Below, one piece after another: positions 50,801-64,000 of a stretch of DNA of 64,000 nucleotides; position 1 is the first letter of the stretch, and every line of letters begins with the position of its first letter. Source of the stretch: Fimbriosthenelais zetlandica. Its lineage: Eukaryota. The notes beneath the pieces are model-generated. The model did not search any database, was not told where the DNA came from, and worked only from the letters and a program-made list of their open reading frames with translations. The stretch spans positions 31,930,001 through 31,994,000 of the forward strand of contig OZ365110.1 in NCBI GenBank assembly GCA_977030845.1. The letters are read 5' to 3'. The position numbers and the translations under genes were made by a program.

Positions 50801-52260
50801 CCAATGATGGTTGAACGTGCAATTAAATTTTGCAGAAAAAAAGTTTAACCTAACACTGGCGCTGCATATAATATAACATCCTTTCCCCTATCCCGACGCC
50901 TCTTAATGGTGACTGATATGCATATATAAAGCTCAAAATAAACATCTTTTTGCTTTATGTTGCACAAGCCATACACGCTAAAATCCCCATGCAGGCCTAA
51001 AATGTTAAAAGTTAAAAATGGCCAATAATTTTCAGCTTTGTATGTGCCTCTCCATAAAAGCTGTGACACATTTTAAATATATTTGATTTAAAAATCACTT
51101 GCTAGAAATAAATAAGATTCTCTCAGATAAATAATTTTTGTTGGCCATATACTGGCAACAGCCCTGTAAGTGAAATCGCTTCCATCCCTCCTGCTCATTT
51201 GCATGGAAATCCAATGAATATCTTGAGCCAGTTATCGATTGCATATGATTACAGATAACTCTTATCAATAAATCGTGCATATTAATTTTATATTCATGAT
51301 ACTGCACTACAGAAATTTATACCACAGACGATTTTGTGGTGCTAGAAAACAGGAAGATTACCCCAGTCTCCTCAGTGTGAATACCCCTGATCTGATGATC
51401 CCCCGAGTGTTGCAAACTTCCAACCAATCTACCTTTATATGAGCACCCCATATCAATTTCTTGGGGATTAACTGGGATATCGTAGTCCAGTTTCAAACTG
51501 TCTATGGTGAGAGAACAGTCATTGTGCGCCGATACCATGTTTCCTACCTGTTGATCAGGAACGGTGAATTGTTCTCGTTTGACTAAAATTGAAACTGCTC
51601 TCTCGCATCAGTGCCAAAGATAGCTTATACTATCTTGGCCAGTACCAATGTATACAATATGAAAAAAAAATCTTCTTTATATTCCAGGTTAGAATAAAAT
51701 ACTAACGGACATTTGTTTTACTATTCTCCCCTCTCTCAAAGAACAGCGACCAGACCCTTGAGATTAGACTCAATCCCCCCAGTGTGAACACCCCATCTCC
51801 CTTTCTCAAAGACCAGTGACCAGTCCCTTGAGATTAGACTCTCTAGATCCCCCTAGTGTGAACACCCCATAATTAGTGAGAGGTAGAGTGTATTGAAACA
51901 CGTGTAACCAGGTGTTTGTATGGGAGTATAGGATGAGGTTCAGTATGGAGCACCTGGCGCTCCCATACAACACACCTGGAACCATCTCCCTATATGAGCC
52001 CCCCCCCCCCCACCCCCTCCCGACCGCACCATTCACATCACCCTCTCAAATCTAATATGCATTGTATCAGTTATCTGTCTGTTGAGGGAATTAATAAAGA
52101 CAGGTTCGCCATTAATTTGTGATCATATATAATTATATGTTGCTGGGGATGCACACATTGCATGTTTATTTGGGAAATTCCACTTCCCTTGATATATACT
52201 TTAATGTGCTCTTTCTAACCATCATCTATTCCAATCCACCTATATAAGACACAAGCAAAG

Positions 52261-52345
52261 AAAGAGAGAGGGAGATGGAGGGGGAAAGAGAGAGAGAGAG
52301 AGAGACAGAGTAAGATAGAGGGAGGGAGGGGGGGGGAGATGAGGA
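52261..52345. repeat. GA-rich polypurine tract
   Basis: (GA)n plus GGGA runs. Confidence 0.8.
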
Positions 52346-52774
52346 AGATCGAGCAGGGTTGCAGCGAGAGGGAAAACATGGAAACAGAAAGAGATAATGG
52401 ACAGAGAGAGAACAGGGATGGGTGGAACGAAAGCTTGCACGCAACATAGAAGAAAATAAAGTTAAAAATAACTTGTTAGTAAAAATTGCGTCGTTAAACC
52501 CATGATCTTTATTTCCTTCGAAACCTTTCACAACCCTCCAGACACTCCTGAAAATGAAAACTTTCAATCACTGAACACCAGTTTGAAAATCCCCCTCACC
52601 AATGAAGCATACTTAATGAAGTTTTGATTAGTCTCCTCTCGCCTGACCAGCCTGGGCGGAGTGCCCCATTCTCAGGGCCTCAAGACCTCCTAATTGATTT
52701 TTGTCGCCCTGCTGAAGATGTGTCCCACCTATTATTATACATCTGTATGAGAGAATAAGGCGGGAGCACATTGG

Positions 52775-52950
52775 TCCGAATCTCCAATCCGTCACCATCC
52801 GATTTCCTATGACATTTAATAATTGAATTGCGTCAGTGATTACCCTTACCTAGGAGTAACGGACTGTTCAAATTACAGTACAAGCATTTGATGTGAAGAG
52901 AAATAGTGAATCGGACAGCTATCGGATGGAGCCGGATGGAGAATCGGATT
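52775..52950. mobile_element. ~175-bp MITE
   Basis: Ends TCCGAATCTCCAATCCG and CGGATGGAGAATCGGATT are inverted; homologous to 37237-37345. Confidence 0.6.
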
Positions 52951-55094
52951 AGTGTGTAGGTATCTTAAGGGTACCAATGCTTTGTATGGAGAGTCTGGGG
53001 TGGAGCTGATTGTGTCGGTCCGCGGGGGAGATGGTCAGGCTTTTGTATGTCCGAGCATCAACGACAGCAGGTGGAGAGGATGATCCAAGCTCACTCCTCA
53101 ACCCCCCCCCCCCCCCCCCGTCCCCCGACCCCCACCCCCACACACCACCAACACTGTATTCCTACACCAAAAGAAACACCCTAGAATTAGGCCAGACAAC
53201 ATTTCTTGTCACTTAATCAAGTAAAATGCCTCAGAATTGGTGTGTGTAAATTTTCCAGAAAGAAATTGCTGAATTTCATGGGAATTCATGGGGATTCCAT
53301 ACATGTATACTCTCGAACCAGTCCTCCTTCTTTCCCGGGATAAATCTCAAAGAACAAAATAAGGCGAGGAATGTTGGCAGCTTTTTACTACAATTGCAGA
53401 AAACAATATAAAAAATTGTATTTAAAAAATGGGATATAAATTAAATTTTTAAAAACCCTTTCCTTACATAAATATATAAATATAGATATAGAAGGCTTTA
53501 TAATCTATGCCTAAACTGTCAAATAAGAAACATGAAAATTACAATTGCAAGGAGGTAGTATATGCTATGATTAACTTAGGAAAAAAACAAGGTCTAGTTA
53601 GTGGAAACTTATTTTTTCCAACCCAGCCTATAATAGTAAATATCCGTCTGATGATGAGCCATCTTTACCCCCCCCCCCCCCCCCACCGTCCCCACCCCCT
53701 CGCAGTCATTTATCATCGGGCCCCCCGCCCCTTATACACCTAGCTTAACGGGTCTCAGCGAGACACCCTCAAAGTTGAGACAGATTGTTTGTTTAAAACA
53801 TATAAAAGCAGTCTCAGAGGTGAGACAGGCCTCTGACGAGGTGTGTGCTCTAGAAAAGCAGCAAATTGAATTAAGGAGAGTAATATATGAAATCAGCCCA
53901 GCTGGAATGGCCTCTTTTCCCCCTCGCCACCACTTGGTTTCATTTCCTTTTAAGCTCCGGACGCACTAAACCAATGGACAATCGATCTGAAATCGTATTT
54001 TCATCCAATCCCAGTATACAATGTTTATTGTTGCAATTTTCTTCAAATTTGCCATTGTTCTACTAATCCCAGTGTTGCTAACTGGTTTGAGATATCGAAG
54101 GTCAGCCAAGTCCGACAGCGTGTTTCTCCCTCGTTAACAGTGGTTTTGCCTATGGTTGCACAAAACTAATCCTGTATATTTTAAAGTATTTCCACACAAA
54201 GCCACAAATACCTTTGTAAAAATCGGCCTAATCTGCCAGGACCCAATGTTTATATTTATACCAAAGTTCCTCCATCGACCGAATTCATTGGTCTCCCCCG
54301 AACCGATTTGTTATACAAAATATCAATTCTCTCGGTTGGTTGACTTGGTGTGTGTAAGCCTTTAGTATAGCCGATTTCAGGTGAAATATCTTCATCTTGG
54401 CCTATCTGAATGAAGGTATGTGTCAAGTGGCAAAGCCATCCAAACTTTGGTTAGTCTCCGAGCCATATAAAACATCTGAGAAGACATTTAACATAATGCT
54501 TAAACAACTTAATACCATGAGACCTGACCGCTTAAGATGTGAAAAACTCTATCCTTCAGACATGTTACATGGATTTATGCGCCCAGGGGTTTCCCCTACG
54601 CATGTTGGCCACAAAAAGTCCCCCAATAAAATATGTTTTAAAGATCATCTTGAATGGGGAGGGCGCGCATCCCAAATAACAGATATAGCCAGGCCAGCCG
54701 CCACCAACATAAACAAATTTCACCACTTGTCAGAGATAACTCCGCACCGGAGAAAGGACTTGTAATTTTCTACCATTGTCAAAAGTGATGTATTTTGTCC
54801 CCCTAAAAATGAGGTTATATCTGAAAGCAATGAAAAAGGAATTTTTGCTGTAATATATAATTATAAGATATATAGAATACATATTTAGATGCGTATCTGG
54901 ATAGACGGGCAACCATGCATGGAGTCAGAGATTTTGTCTTGACTTATCTTGGCTAAAAAATGCTTCCTGCTTGACCTACACTGACTTAGCAAATAATATG
55001 TGACTTTGGAATTGGAAAGTTAATTTCATGGATTCTATACTTTCTTCTCGTTCTGTGAGTTTAACTTTTCTTATGTCCGAAACACACCAGCAAT

Positions 55095-55375
55095 ATCTTT
55101 CCCACTTTCTTTGTTTCCTCCCTCTTCCTTCCTTCCTTCCTTCCACCCTCTCTCCCTCCTTTCTTTCTTTGCAACCTCTCTCGGTCCCTTCCTTCCATTC
55201 CCTTCCCTTCCTTCCATCCCCTCTCGCTCCCTTCCCTTCTTTCCTTCCATCCCCTCTCGCTCCCTTCCCTTCCTTCCATCCTGTCCTATCTTCCCTTCCT
55301 TCCTTCTTCCTTCCACCCTGTCCTCGCTTGCCTTCCTTCTTCATTCTCGAATTCCTTCATTCCTTCAGGAAGGTA
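55095..55375. repeat. (CCTT)n-type polypyrimidine tract
   Basis: Almost pure C/T on the plus strand; explains the overlapping low-complexity ORFs at 54976-55513. Confidence 0.9.
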
Positions 55376-57037
55376 TGTTTTGTACCTTTATTACTTCTAT
55401 CACTCCCTGAATTTCCTGTTCCTCTATCGACCTCTAGCTGTCCATATCTACCAGTTCGATCTACCTTTCCACCTTTGTCTCGTGACCTTTCTTTTCCATA
55501 CCCTTCAATTTAATTTTTTTCTAAAAAAATAACTGAACACACAATGTAAATTGTTAAACCTTTAATTATCTTCATAACTTTAGATCCATTGTGAAGCTGT
55601 TATGGCCTACCTACTCGTTCATTTTTCCCCCTCGGGTGCCAGTACCTCGGCTAACAGTCCAACCCCTCTCTGCCCTCCAATCAACTCTCCCCAGCTCCCA
55701 ATTTCCTCTGTTTTCCTTTAATGAAGCCTTTTACAGTTTTTACATAGAATTCCTCTGTTCTTTTGTTGTCCGCGGACCGGACAGTGTATGTTTAAAACGC
55801 TTGTAGTTATGTGCTTGCATGCGAACGTTCCTTATTACCACCTTTGGACCCAGCCCCCACGCTTAACCCCTCCCCCAACTCACTCCCCTCCCCCAGTCCA
55901 CCCCAGACAGATGGATGCTGCAGCCAAAGGGATTCATGGGCCGAGTATAAGGGAAAGAAAAAGAAAAATCCACTGGCAGACCAAAAACTGGGGGAAAGTT
56001 ATGAGGGGGTCGGGGGTGATTTAACTAACATCTGCGTTGGCAAAGTGGCAATACCACAAGCTCTCTCAAAATATATTTTCTTTTTTATCTCAGTGTTTTG
56101 TTCTTGGCAGCAGGAAATGTCACTGCCGCCACCAGACAAAAATATACCACCCTTCCCCCAACACACCCACCCACTCCTACACTGGGTATCTTTATCTATC
56201 AAATCATCGTATCTAAACTCACATGCACATGCATACCAATGGAAATAGGCTTTGTGTTAGACGATTAATCTCGCCGATTAATCAGGTCCTCTTTGCCACA
56301 ATCGTAATTAACTTTTTATTGGCTCCGTCTGTATTTGGACGTTCTAATGAGGCGCTTGCCGAGGTGTTCTAGGAATATGTCTTTGGGATGTGGCACGTGG
56401 GGGTTGGGGGGTTGGCGGGGGATGGGGCGCTATACAGAGCACCTCCTGGGTTTGGGACGTCATTACCGATTACCTTCTATTATATCTCCAAGTGCACATG
56501 AATAAAATTATTCATACAGTTGACACATTTAAGATATTTCAGAATATTTTGACAAAATTTTGGACAAATTCCCATGCAAATCAAAATAAATAGGAAGAAA
56601 TGCGGTCAGAAGATACAGTTTGTCTTGATAAGATATCGGATAGATGTAAAAAATATCAGATTTTGTAAAAGCTGAGAAATGTATAGTATTGATTCAAGTA
56701 AAAGCTTTGGCATTGTCCTAGCCACGTGCTCTGACATAACCAGATATTTTCCTAACAAACAATGCTGCAACTCTTGTCTCCCACCTCCCACCTTTTCTCC
56801 TCTTTTTCCATGGTGGAAATTCATAAGGAGTCAAAGGTTTTGTGGTTTCTTTATAGACTGTCGGGTGTCTCCGTACAAAAACAGGCTAAAGTCAATATTG
56901 TCCTCTCAAACCTTTCCTTGTATTCATGGGAGAAAATGGCAAGCTCATGAAAATAAATATCCCCCCCAAAAAATTGTATAGGTTACAGTATTGTAACTGT
57001 ATAGGCATTGTCTTGTTAAATACCACTTCTAGGGTCA

Positions 57038-57194
57038 CAGTATGGAACATGTACTTTTAAACTGCATTACATCATACTCAGTATGGAACTTGTACTTTTA
57101 AAATTGCATTACATCGTTCTCTGTACGGAACTCAATCTTTGCAACTGCATTACATTATTCCCAGTATGGAACATGTACTTTGAAACTGCATTAT
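57038..57194. repeat. 41-bp minisatellite, ~4 copies
   Basis: C(A/T)GTA(T/C)GGAAC...AA(C/T)TGCATTAC units at 57038, 57079, 57121 and 57162. Confidence 0.9.
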
Positions 57195-58420
57195 ATGAAT
57201 CTTCCTCCACCTACATGCTATATAAATCGTTATAAGTGCAATATTTTTTATATTGCTACATTTGAATATCTATTAAGTACACATATCATTAACTTGTGAC
57301 TAGATTTATGAGTCTAATTTGTCCCAGATATGCGGTAATTTGTATAAGGTATAAATGTGAGTGAGATTCCGGCATGCTTGTCACCATTTGACGATAATCA
57401 TCCCCATCTCTCCATCAGCCGGCTCACAAAAATAATTGTGCATTGTTATCGAAATGAGGGATGGGTTTATCCATGTGAAGAAGAGCACTTATTAGTCCAT
57501 GCAGCTCTGGCCTGCTTAATTAGCCCTAATGACTTCCTACTAGAAATATACAGGGTCATGGGGTCAGGGCAGGTCTCCTACTGTAGCGGGCTTCATTGAA
57601 CATATTAAATTCATTCATATGTCATGACCTTAAAGTTGTTACTCCGCCCAGGCCTGCCCTGAATTATTTTTGACACACATATAGAAGCAGAGGATTTGGC
57701 TACGTTATTGTTATGTTATTTTGACTCAAACTGCTGTATTTTTGAAGGGATTGATCATAGCTGAATTAGTTATGTATTACATATTATTTTGTGATTTTGA
57801 TCAGTTTTAATTGCAGTTCTTACCATAATGGTCCTTTCCATTTATAATGACTGTTTCCTATACTAAATGAATATTTTGCTTGGGATATATTATCAGACAT
57901 TAGTTATGATATTAAAAATGTTTCGGTCTAATATCGCTTATGGAATTGAACTACATTGAATCTCACAATTGATAATCACCAATATGATGATAAGAGACAA
58001 TTTTTCTCCAATATGATGGAAAAAACCCGTGTCGCTGCTTCAAATTTCGGCCTTTTTCAGCAAATTTTGGTGTGAAGTCCCCACATAAGGAAAATATTCG
58101 ATAATGTCTCTTAAGAAGGAAATTTTACCAACGTAAATTCAAATTTAGCTCACAGTTTCCATGCATTGAGATTGAATGTAATCTTGGCTTCATCGTCGCT
58201 TGGCGTTGTATCTATTTTGTTCTGCCAAATATAGATTAGCATTGTCAAAACGTGACAGAGGCTGTTTAGGATTTATGCCCTGACCCACATAGACCAACTA
58301 GATTGCGGTAGATTCCTCGTTTGGATGACAAATCTGACATCATACTGTATCATAATAGGGTGTCTATAATAGTATAGTAAATAAACTAGGTCCCCTCATC
58401 CAGGGAGGGCCAATAATGTG

Positions 58421-58760
58421 CAGGAGACTGGACCCAAAATGTAGGGGACTGGGTTTCCAGGGATGTAGGGGAGTGTCAGTCAAAAGCAGATCTGCAGGAG
58501 ACCAGACCCAGTCTGCAGGAGACTGAGCCCATGATTCTGCAGGACACTGAACTCATGATTCTCCAGGAGACTGGACCCAAGATGGAGGGGACTGGGTTTC
58601 CAGGGATGTGGGAGAGTATCCACCAAAACAGATCTGCAAGCGAGTGTACAGGGGACCAGACCCATAATGATTCTGCTGGGGACTGGACCCATTATTCTGC
58701 AGGGGACGAGCCCCATGCTTGTGTCCCTAGGCTGGACCCGACATTCTGCACAGTACTGTA
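58421..58760. repeat. Degenerate GC-rich repeat array (CAGGAGACTGGACCCA units; ~80-bp duplication with period 143)
   Basis: CAGGAGACTGGACCCAA at 58421 and 58564, each followed by GGGACTGGGTTTCCAGGGATGT; many short CTGCAGGRGAC units. Confidence 0.75.
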
Positions 58761-61700
58761 TGATATTGGAGTGAACCCACCCTTGAAAAAGACCCAATCT
58801 GTAGATAGATCGAACCCAATCTATAGTTAGAATGAACCCAATTGTTGAATCTGTAGTAAGACCAAATAGATTAGACCATTGATTATCTCCAAGCACTCTG
58901 GTTAGACCGAACTAAATCTGTAGTTAGACTGTCACTGGTCTTGAACCAGAACTGAATAGACCTTTTGCACTTGAAGCATTGGCTTCGAGTCGTGGGTGTT
59001 TTGGTAAAATGCCATGCGGGGGCAGCACTGTTATACCATTTGTGACACTCCACTATGATTTCCCTATTTGAGATCCTGACACAAATAATTTTATAACCAT
59101 ATACTTTAAAAACATGACCATAAAGACCAGTACATGAAAAAACATATATACTTTACTATTGAATTCTGTAATTTATTGAAGGGCATAAAATTGTTTTTAT
59201 GGATTTTTGAAACACTTTTTGAACGTGTTACACTTGGCTGGGGCCTGTGTAATTGATTTCCTTTTGATTGGCCTTTTTGTCCTGATCCAAATATTGTTTT
59301 TATTATCCTGCGGAATCTAGACAAAATAGAGGGATTGGTGGTTGTCTGTAGTTTATGATGTGACACAGTTCATATGGTCACACTGGCTCAGAGGTCTGCA
59401 TGGATCCTTATGGGTAGGTTCAAAGAAATATAGCCAATAGATTTGACTCATTTTGCATTGGCACATGATCTTTTTTTGTTAGGAAGAAAACACCTTAAAA
59501 TTGTCAGGATGTTCGATGGATTCATTGGGTAGCCTGAAAAATATCTTCATTAAATTATTTTGGTTTAAATAAAATGTTTTCTAAACTTCGAAATATTTCA
59601 ATACTTCAATAAACTTCTCAATGTTTATTTGAAATTCATTTTTTAACGTGAACTCGTCAGAAAACAGGCTATAATTTATACCAAAAATGTAAAAATAAAC
59701 AATGATTTTTTTTTTAAATCGGGAGAACGACATTATTAAAAAAAATAGTGGCCAGGCTCAATGGACATTGTCTTTAGTGATATTGCCTAGGCACTTTAGT
59801 CTCTGCCATAAGTCGTTAAGTGAGGTTGTCGCTTTAATGAGATGGTCATTTAGTGAGGCCCTACTGTATGTATATAGCCCAATGAGGAGTAGAGTTATTG
59901 TATGGAGATTGACAGGTTTCTCTATAGATCACCGTGCTATGTAAACACCACTGATCGGTGGGCCGGGGAGATGGGAGAGTAGAAAGCCAGGCCTGACTCC
60001 CAGTCATGTATCCTACCTCCAACTACATAATATATGTCACGACAGAAAGAAAAACACTTGACAGACAAGAATGGAGGGAATGTCAGATCACCAGGCATAA
60101 TCTATCACTTACAGTGGGGTTAAGATAAAGCGACAACCTCACTAAAACGAACATATCAGTAAAATATGGTCCCTTCAGACAACCTCACTAAAGTGACCAC
60201 CTCACTAAAGAGGCAAACTCAATAAGTTTTCTTCTGACGGTTTTTAAACAGTTAGAAGAAAATGTTCTTTATTCACTGAAACGACATCTCAGCTAGGAAC
60301 CGATCACTAAATAGCCAGAACCAAATATTGTAAAGATAATAATCGCCAAGACCATCCTAATGTTGCAGATAAAAATTAGTGCAGCTCCTATATATGATGC
60401 ACAAAATTAGTTCAATCACATCAGTGGTCGCAATAGGGAGACCCAACTGTACTCTTTACCACAATGTCAGAATAACGGAACTTCGGTTTAAGAGTAGAAG
60501 AAATTTGATTGAAATTTGAAACTCAATTTGTTTTGCTGGATTATATGAGATGTCAGATAAGTTGTCTTGTCAGGGGCTCGAGATCTTTTTTTCCTGATCG
60601 TTGACCATTGTTTGTGTTTTACTCGGGGCGTTGTATTTCTGGATTTTTGGGAGGCGGCTTAAAGTTACAGAACCGTTTGTATATCATGATTGATGAATTG
60701 AAAAATGGAAAAAAGTACAAGAAAACACACAGGAAATAAAAAAAAATGTCATTACTTACAGCTTAGGCAGTACTTAGAGCAACTTCTAATAATTATGTTT
60801 TCGAATATTTTGTTTCACAAATAATTTTCACTTTAACACCTGAAAAAAATGTCATTAAAATGTTTTAGTCGCCACAGCAGCATCCCTTAAAGAGATTCCA
60901 AGCTTGCATAATTGCAGCCTCCCCAGATGACTGGTGTGATTTATCTTGAAAGGGCAAACCAAAATAGTGCTTTACCCTAGCATCTAATATAGGGGTGGTG
61001 GTTAGACAGTTTGGGACGCTATGGTCACCTACAGCGACCAACAGTATACGGTGGAGCCAGGGTTGTGGTCAGTGCGGTCACTAATGAATGGTTAGCTGAC
61101 CATAATGGTTTGACCACACCACCTAAAGTCAGACTGCCCAGTGCCCATCCCCCATCCCCCCGGCTACTGATTGAATTTCACCTGTCACTGTGAGTCTTGC
61201 TAAACGTTAGAATTATTGCAGTGATTGCCTACCGCTCCTATCAGATCGCTGCTGGGTAATGGGCAGTGGTCAGTTTGGTGTTGACCAGTGACCAGTGTCC
61301 AGGCTATACTACCACCCCCACCCCTAGCGCCTCCTCCCCTGCCCATCCCCCAGTACCATCCCCCTTTCTATATGAAGCGTCTCTATCCCCACCCCAGTGC
61401 CTCTGACCAACGAGTATCGAAAGAATCTTTCTATAATCGTTGCTCTGACTCCCTATCCTCCCCCCCCCCCCCCCCGCTCTCCCACTCCCCTCCCCTCTAC
61501 CACTCACTCTCCCCCTATCCCCACCCCTCACCATACCACGCCCATTGACTCACTGATCAAATCTTATCAGTGGTCATTTTTGAAAAATGCCTTTCCTCAG
61601 CATCTCAAATTTTCAAAGCCGAAGTAAATCATATAAGTAACGGACTCAACCAAACCATTGCTGGACGAAATTATTCCCAAATTTAAAAAAAGGTTTGAAA

Positions 61701-64000
61701 AGAGACAAAAGGACTGGCCCACATTCTGTCAGGATGCATTTTGAAATTTAAAGGATTTTATTCAGGTTTTTCTATCTCATAAAACTAATAGACTCAACCA
61801 ACCCATTTTCTAAATCACTCCCAAAATATTTTTAAACCAAACAAACCTAAACTATTGCAAAAAATACTTTATTCAGTTGATTCATTCGAGGCATAAATTT
61901 TGAAATTACATGAATTTCCCAAATTCTCTTGAATCATATATATACTCTATTGAATATATTAGGAGAGAAATTAAGGTGTTTAATTGTACCCTAAATCTTG
62001 TTTTAAATGATTATAGTCAGTTTACCCCCTCGAAACTTTGAGGATCATTAGAGTTGTTGCTTGGTCGACTTGTATCCCTTGTCACTGTTTTGGTTTTGTT
62101 CATTAATCATTTTCAATTCGCACCTTATCTTAACACCCTCAACTTTTCTCAATCTAAATAGAGTGAGTCGCGGTTAATTAGATAATCTGATTTCACTTTC
62201 ACTTTGTCATTCTTGATTCAATCATCGACTGCCGGTTGTGTAACCTTTCTGGCATATCGTCACCCCACATCAGGTTTTTCACCCATAGGTCATTTATTTA
62301 CTTTTCATTCTTTGTCATTTAAATTCAAGTGTCTGTACAGCAGAGACGCATAAGTTGCTATCGTCTGTCTGAATTTAGATTTCCAGATTGAAATAGTTGG
62401 CCTTAATTGAGTGTGATTTTGGTATCTTCTTGGGTAAGAAGTGCAAAACTGATCAGACAAATATTACAATAAAAACCAATACAAAATAGAAACAGTTTCT
62501 AGTGCAGAGTGTTGGTATTCAACCAACTATAATTATTATCTCGGAATGTTGTGAAAATAAATTCTTAATATTAGGAAAATCAGGAGCCAGTTACATAATA
62601 GAATTTCTCAAACAAAAAATGATGATAATGCCCTATGTTCCCAAAACGTGAATATGAAGATAATGTCCAATGTTCCCAAAACGTGTAGAATTTCACTACT
62701 TTACCGGACTACTTGATTTAACCTACTTTATGTGCCGACAGCGTGTTTCCTCTCAGTACTGAGATAGCTGAAGAATTGCTGACTGGACATTTACCCAACT
62801 TTAACCTGTATATTATAAGAAAGTATGGGTCAGTGGGCAAAAAGAATGATCCAGAGCGTTAAGATATAGGCCTATATATTAGACCATGCCTGGCGGTCAA
62901 GTCGAGGGTATAGAGTGGTCAGTTTTGATATATTTCTAGTGGTCATCTTCGTATACCACCAACTGACCAGTTGATTGCCAGCCCTGTCACGGTCAGTCGT
63001 GGGTCACTCCTCCGCAGTGTCATCTTCCCTGCTTCTCATCCTATCAAATTCCCAACAAAAACCTATCAACTACCCCCCACCCCCGGCCGCTCCCCAAAAA
63101 CCTCTGACCACTGACACTTATCTATTCAACTATTTCATTAATACAACAAAAATGTTACAAATTTTTAACTTTAACAAATATGTGTATTTATATGTGTAAA
63201 GGAATTTAAAGAGAATGCATGGGCATTAGATATGCAATGGTCTTGTCCAAATTTGTATAAACATTTGACACTTAAGTAAATATTAACTCATTGGAAATGG
63301 TTGAACTAAGAAGATAATGTAAGGTAAAATGGGTGATCTACGTTCCGCCTGCATTTCAATACAGTTTTTAATTGTTAATTTAGATTTCTTCTCTCTCAAG
63401 AAATTGGGACGAACTCTAGGATTTAACCCTAACCAATATGGCTTTACCCAAATTTGTACTAAATTTGATCTTTACCTATCTGTGGAAGATCACAAGTGTT
63501 TTCTCAATTACCGGATGCAGCCCGGGGCTTTGTACCGTATAATATATAGCTTCAGCTTGACCACGCTGACCATTCACCTGTTATCTGGATCAACACTGGA
63601 CACAGGTCAAGTTCGGACCATGTCCATCCTCTAATAACCAGATGACCCCTGTCTATACCGGCCGCCAATTTCTCGGTCCCTTGTAATAAGCACATAGCCC
63701 CCTCTCTCTCCCGACTCAGATGATTTAGTGGCACTTTGAGAGGGCCTTCTCTAATGAACATGTCCTATTGTTGTCCTAGTATTGTATACATTGTAGTCCA
63801 GCTGGGGCCGATGATGGCTACTTTGATGTGTTATATCTAAAATAGCTCACATAAGTGAGTACATCTTGCTCAATTTTGTCGAAATTACACTGGAACTTAC
63901 TAGTATTAGAGTAAATTCTATACTCAACAAAACTTAAATTCGCCCAAAGCGGTTGATGGAAATGTACAGCATGGAAGTCAGATTAGAACGTTGGAATTTC

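Noticed and set aside
51317-51538. 73-aa minus-strand ORF with GCSYKGRLVGS, faintly like an ADAM/ADAMTS prodomain
   Set aside because: It lacks the following conserved CxGLxG segment in frame and overlaps a CAGTGTGAA(C/T)ACCCC repeat motif that recurs at ~51.78 and ~51.86 kb; no supporting exons.
54976-55513. Six overlapping ORFs up to 161 aa
   Set aside because: Artefacts of the (CCTT)n tract, which lacks stop codons.
58480-58896. ORFs of 138 and 99 aa
   Set aside because: Translations of a degenerate minisatellite; no domain recognised.

Overview
Animal genomic DNA (AT-rich, GT-AG introns; the repeat content suggests a marine invertebrate, which is inference). Three spliced genes could be rebuilt exon by exon with consistent phases. 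(1) A 5'-incomplete HMG20-family gene (+, 26-2532) that carries an extra C2H2/matrin-like zinc-finger exon. (2) A complete SPEF1 (sperm flagellar protein 1, CH domain) gene (-, 8016-16496, 309 aa). (3) RB1CC1/FIP200 (+, ATG 20096), head-to-head with SPEF1, with 18 coding exons and 1536 codons up to 32856; the C-terminal Claw-domain exons were not found in the remaining 31 kb. The 33-64 kb region is non-coding and repeat-rich: MITEs, minisatellites, and a 3.39-kb element with ~510-bp terminal inverted repeats and a TAA target duplication. The most unusual signal is a CpG-rich modular element at 3.5-4.07 kb and 9.93-10.54 kb. It is built from six short conserved sequence blocks in a fixed cyclic order, separated by divergent spacers of variable length. 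At the second locus it lies next to a divergent pair of CTCF-like sites and inside a cluster of nine copies of a 10-bp motif. No tRNA, rRNA, CRISPR array or intact transposase was found.
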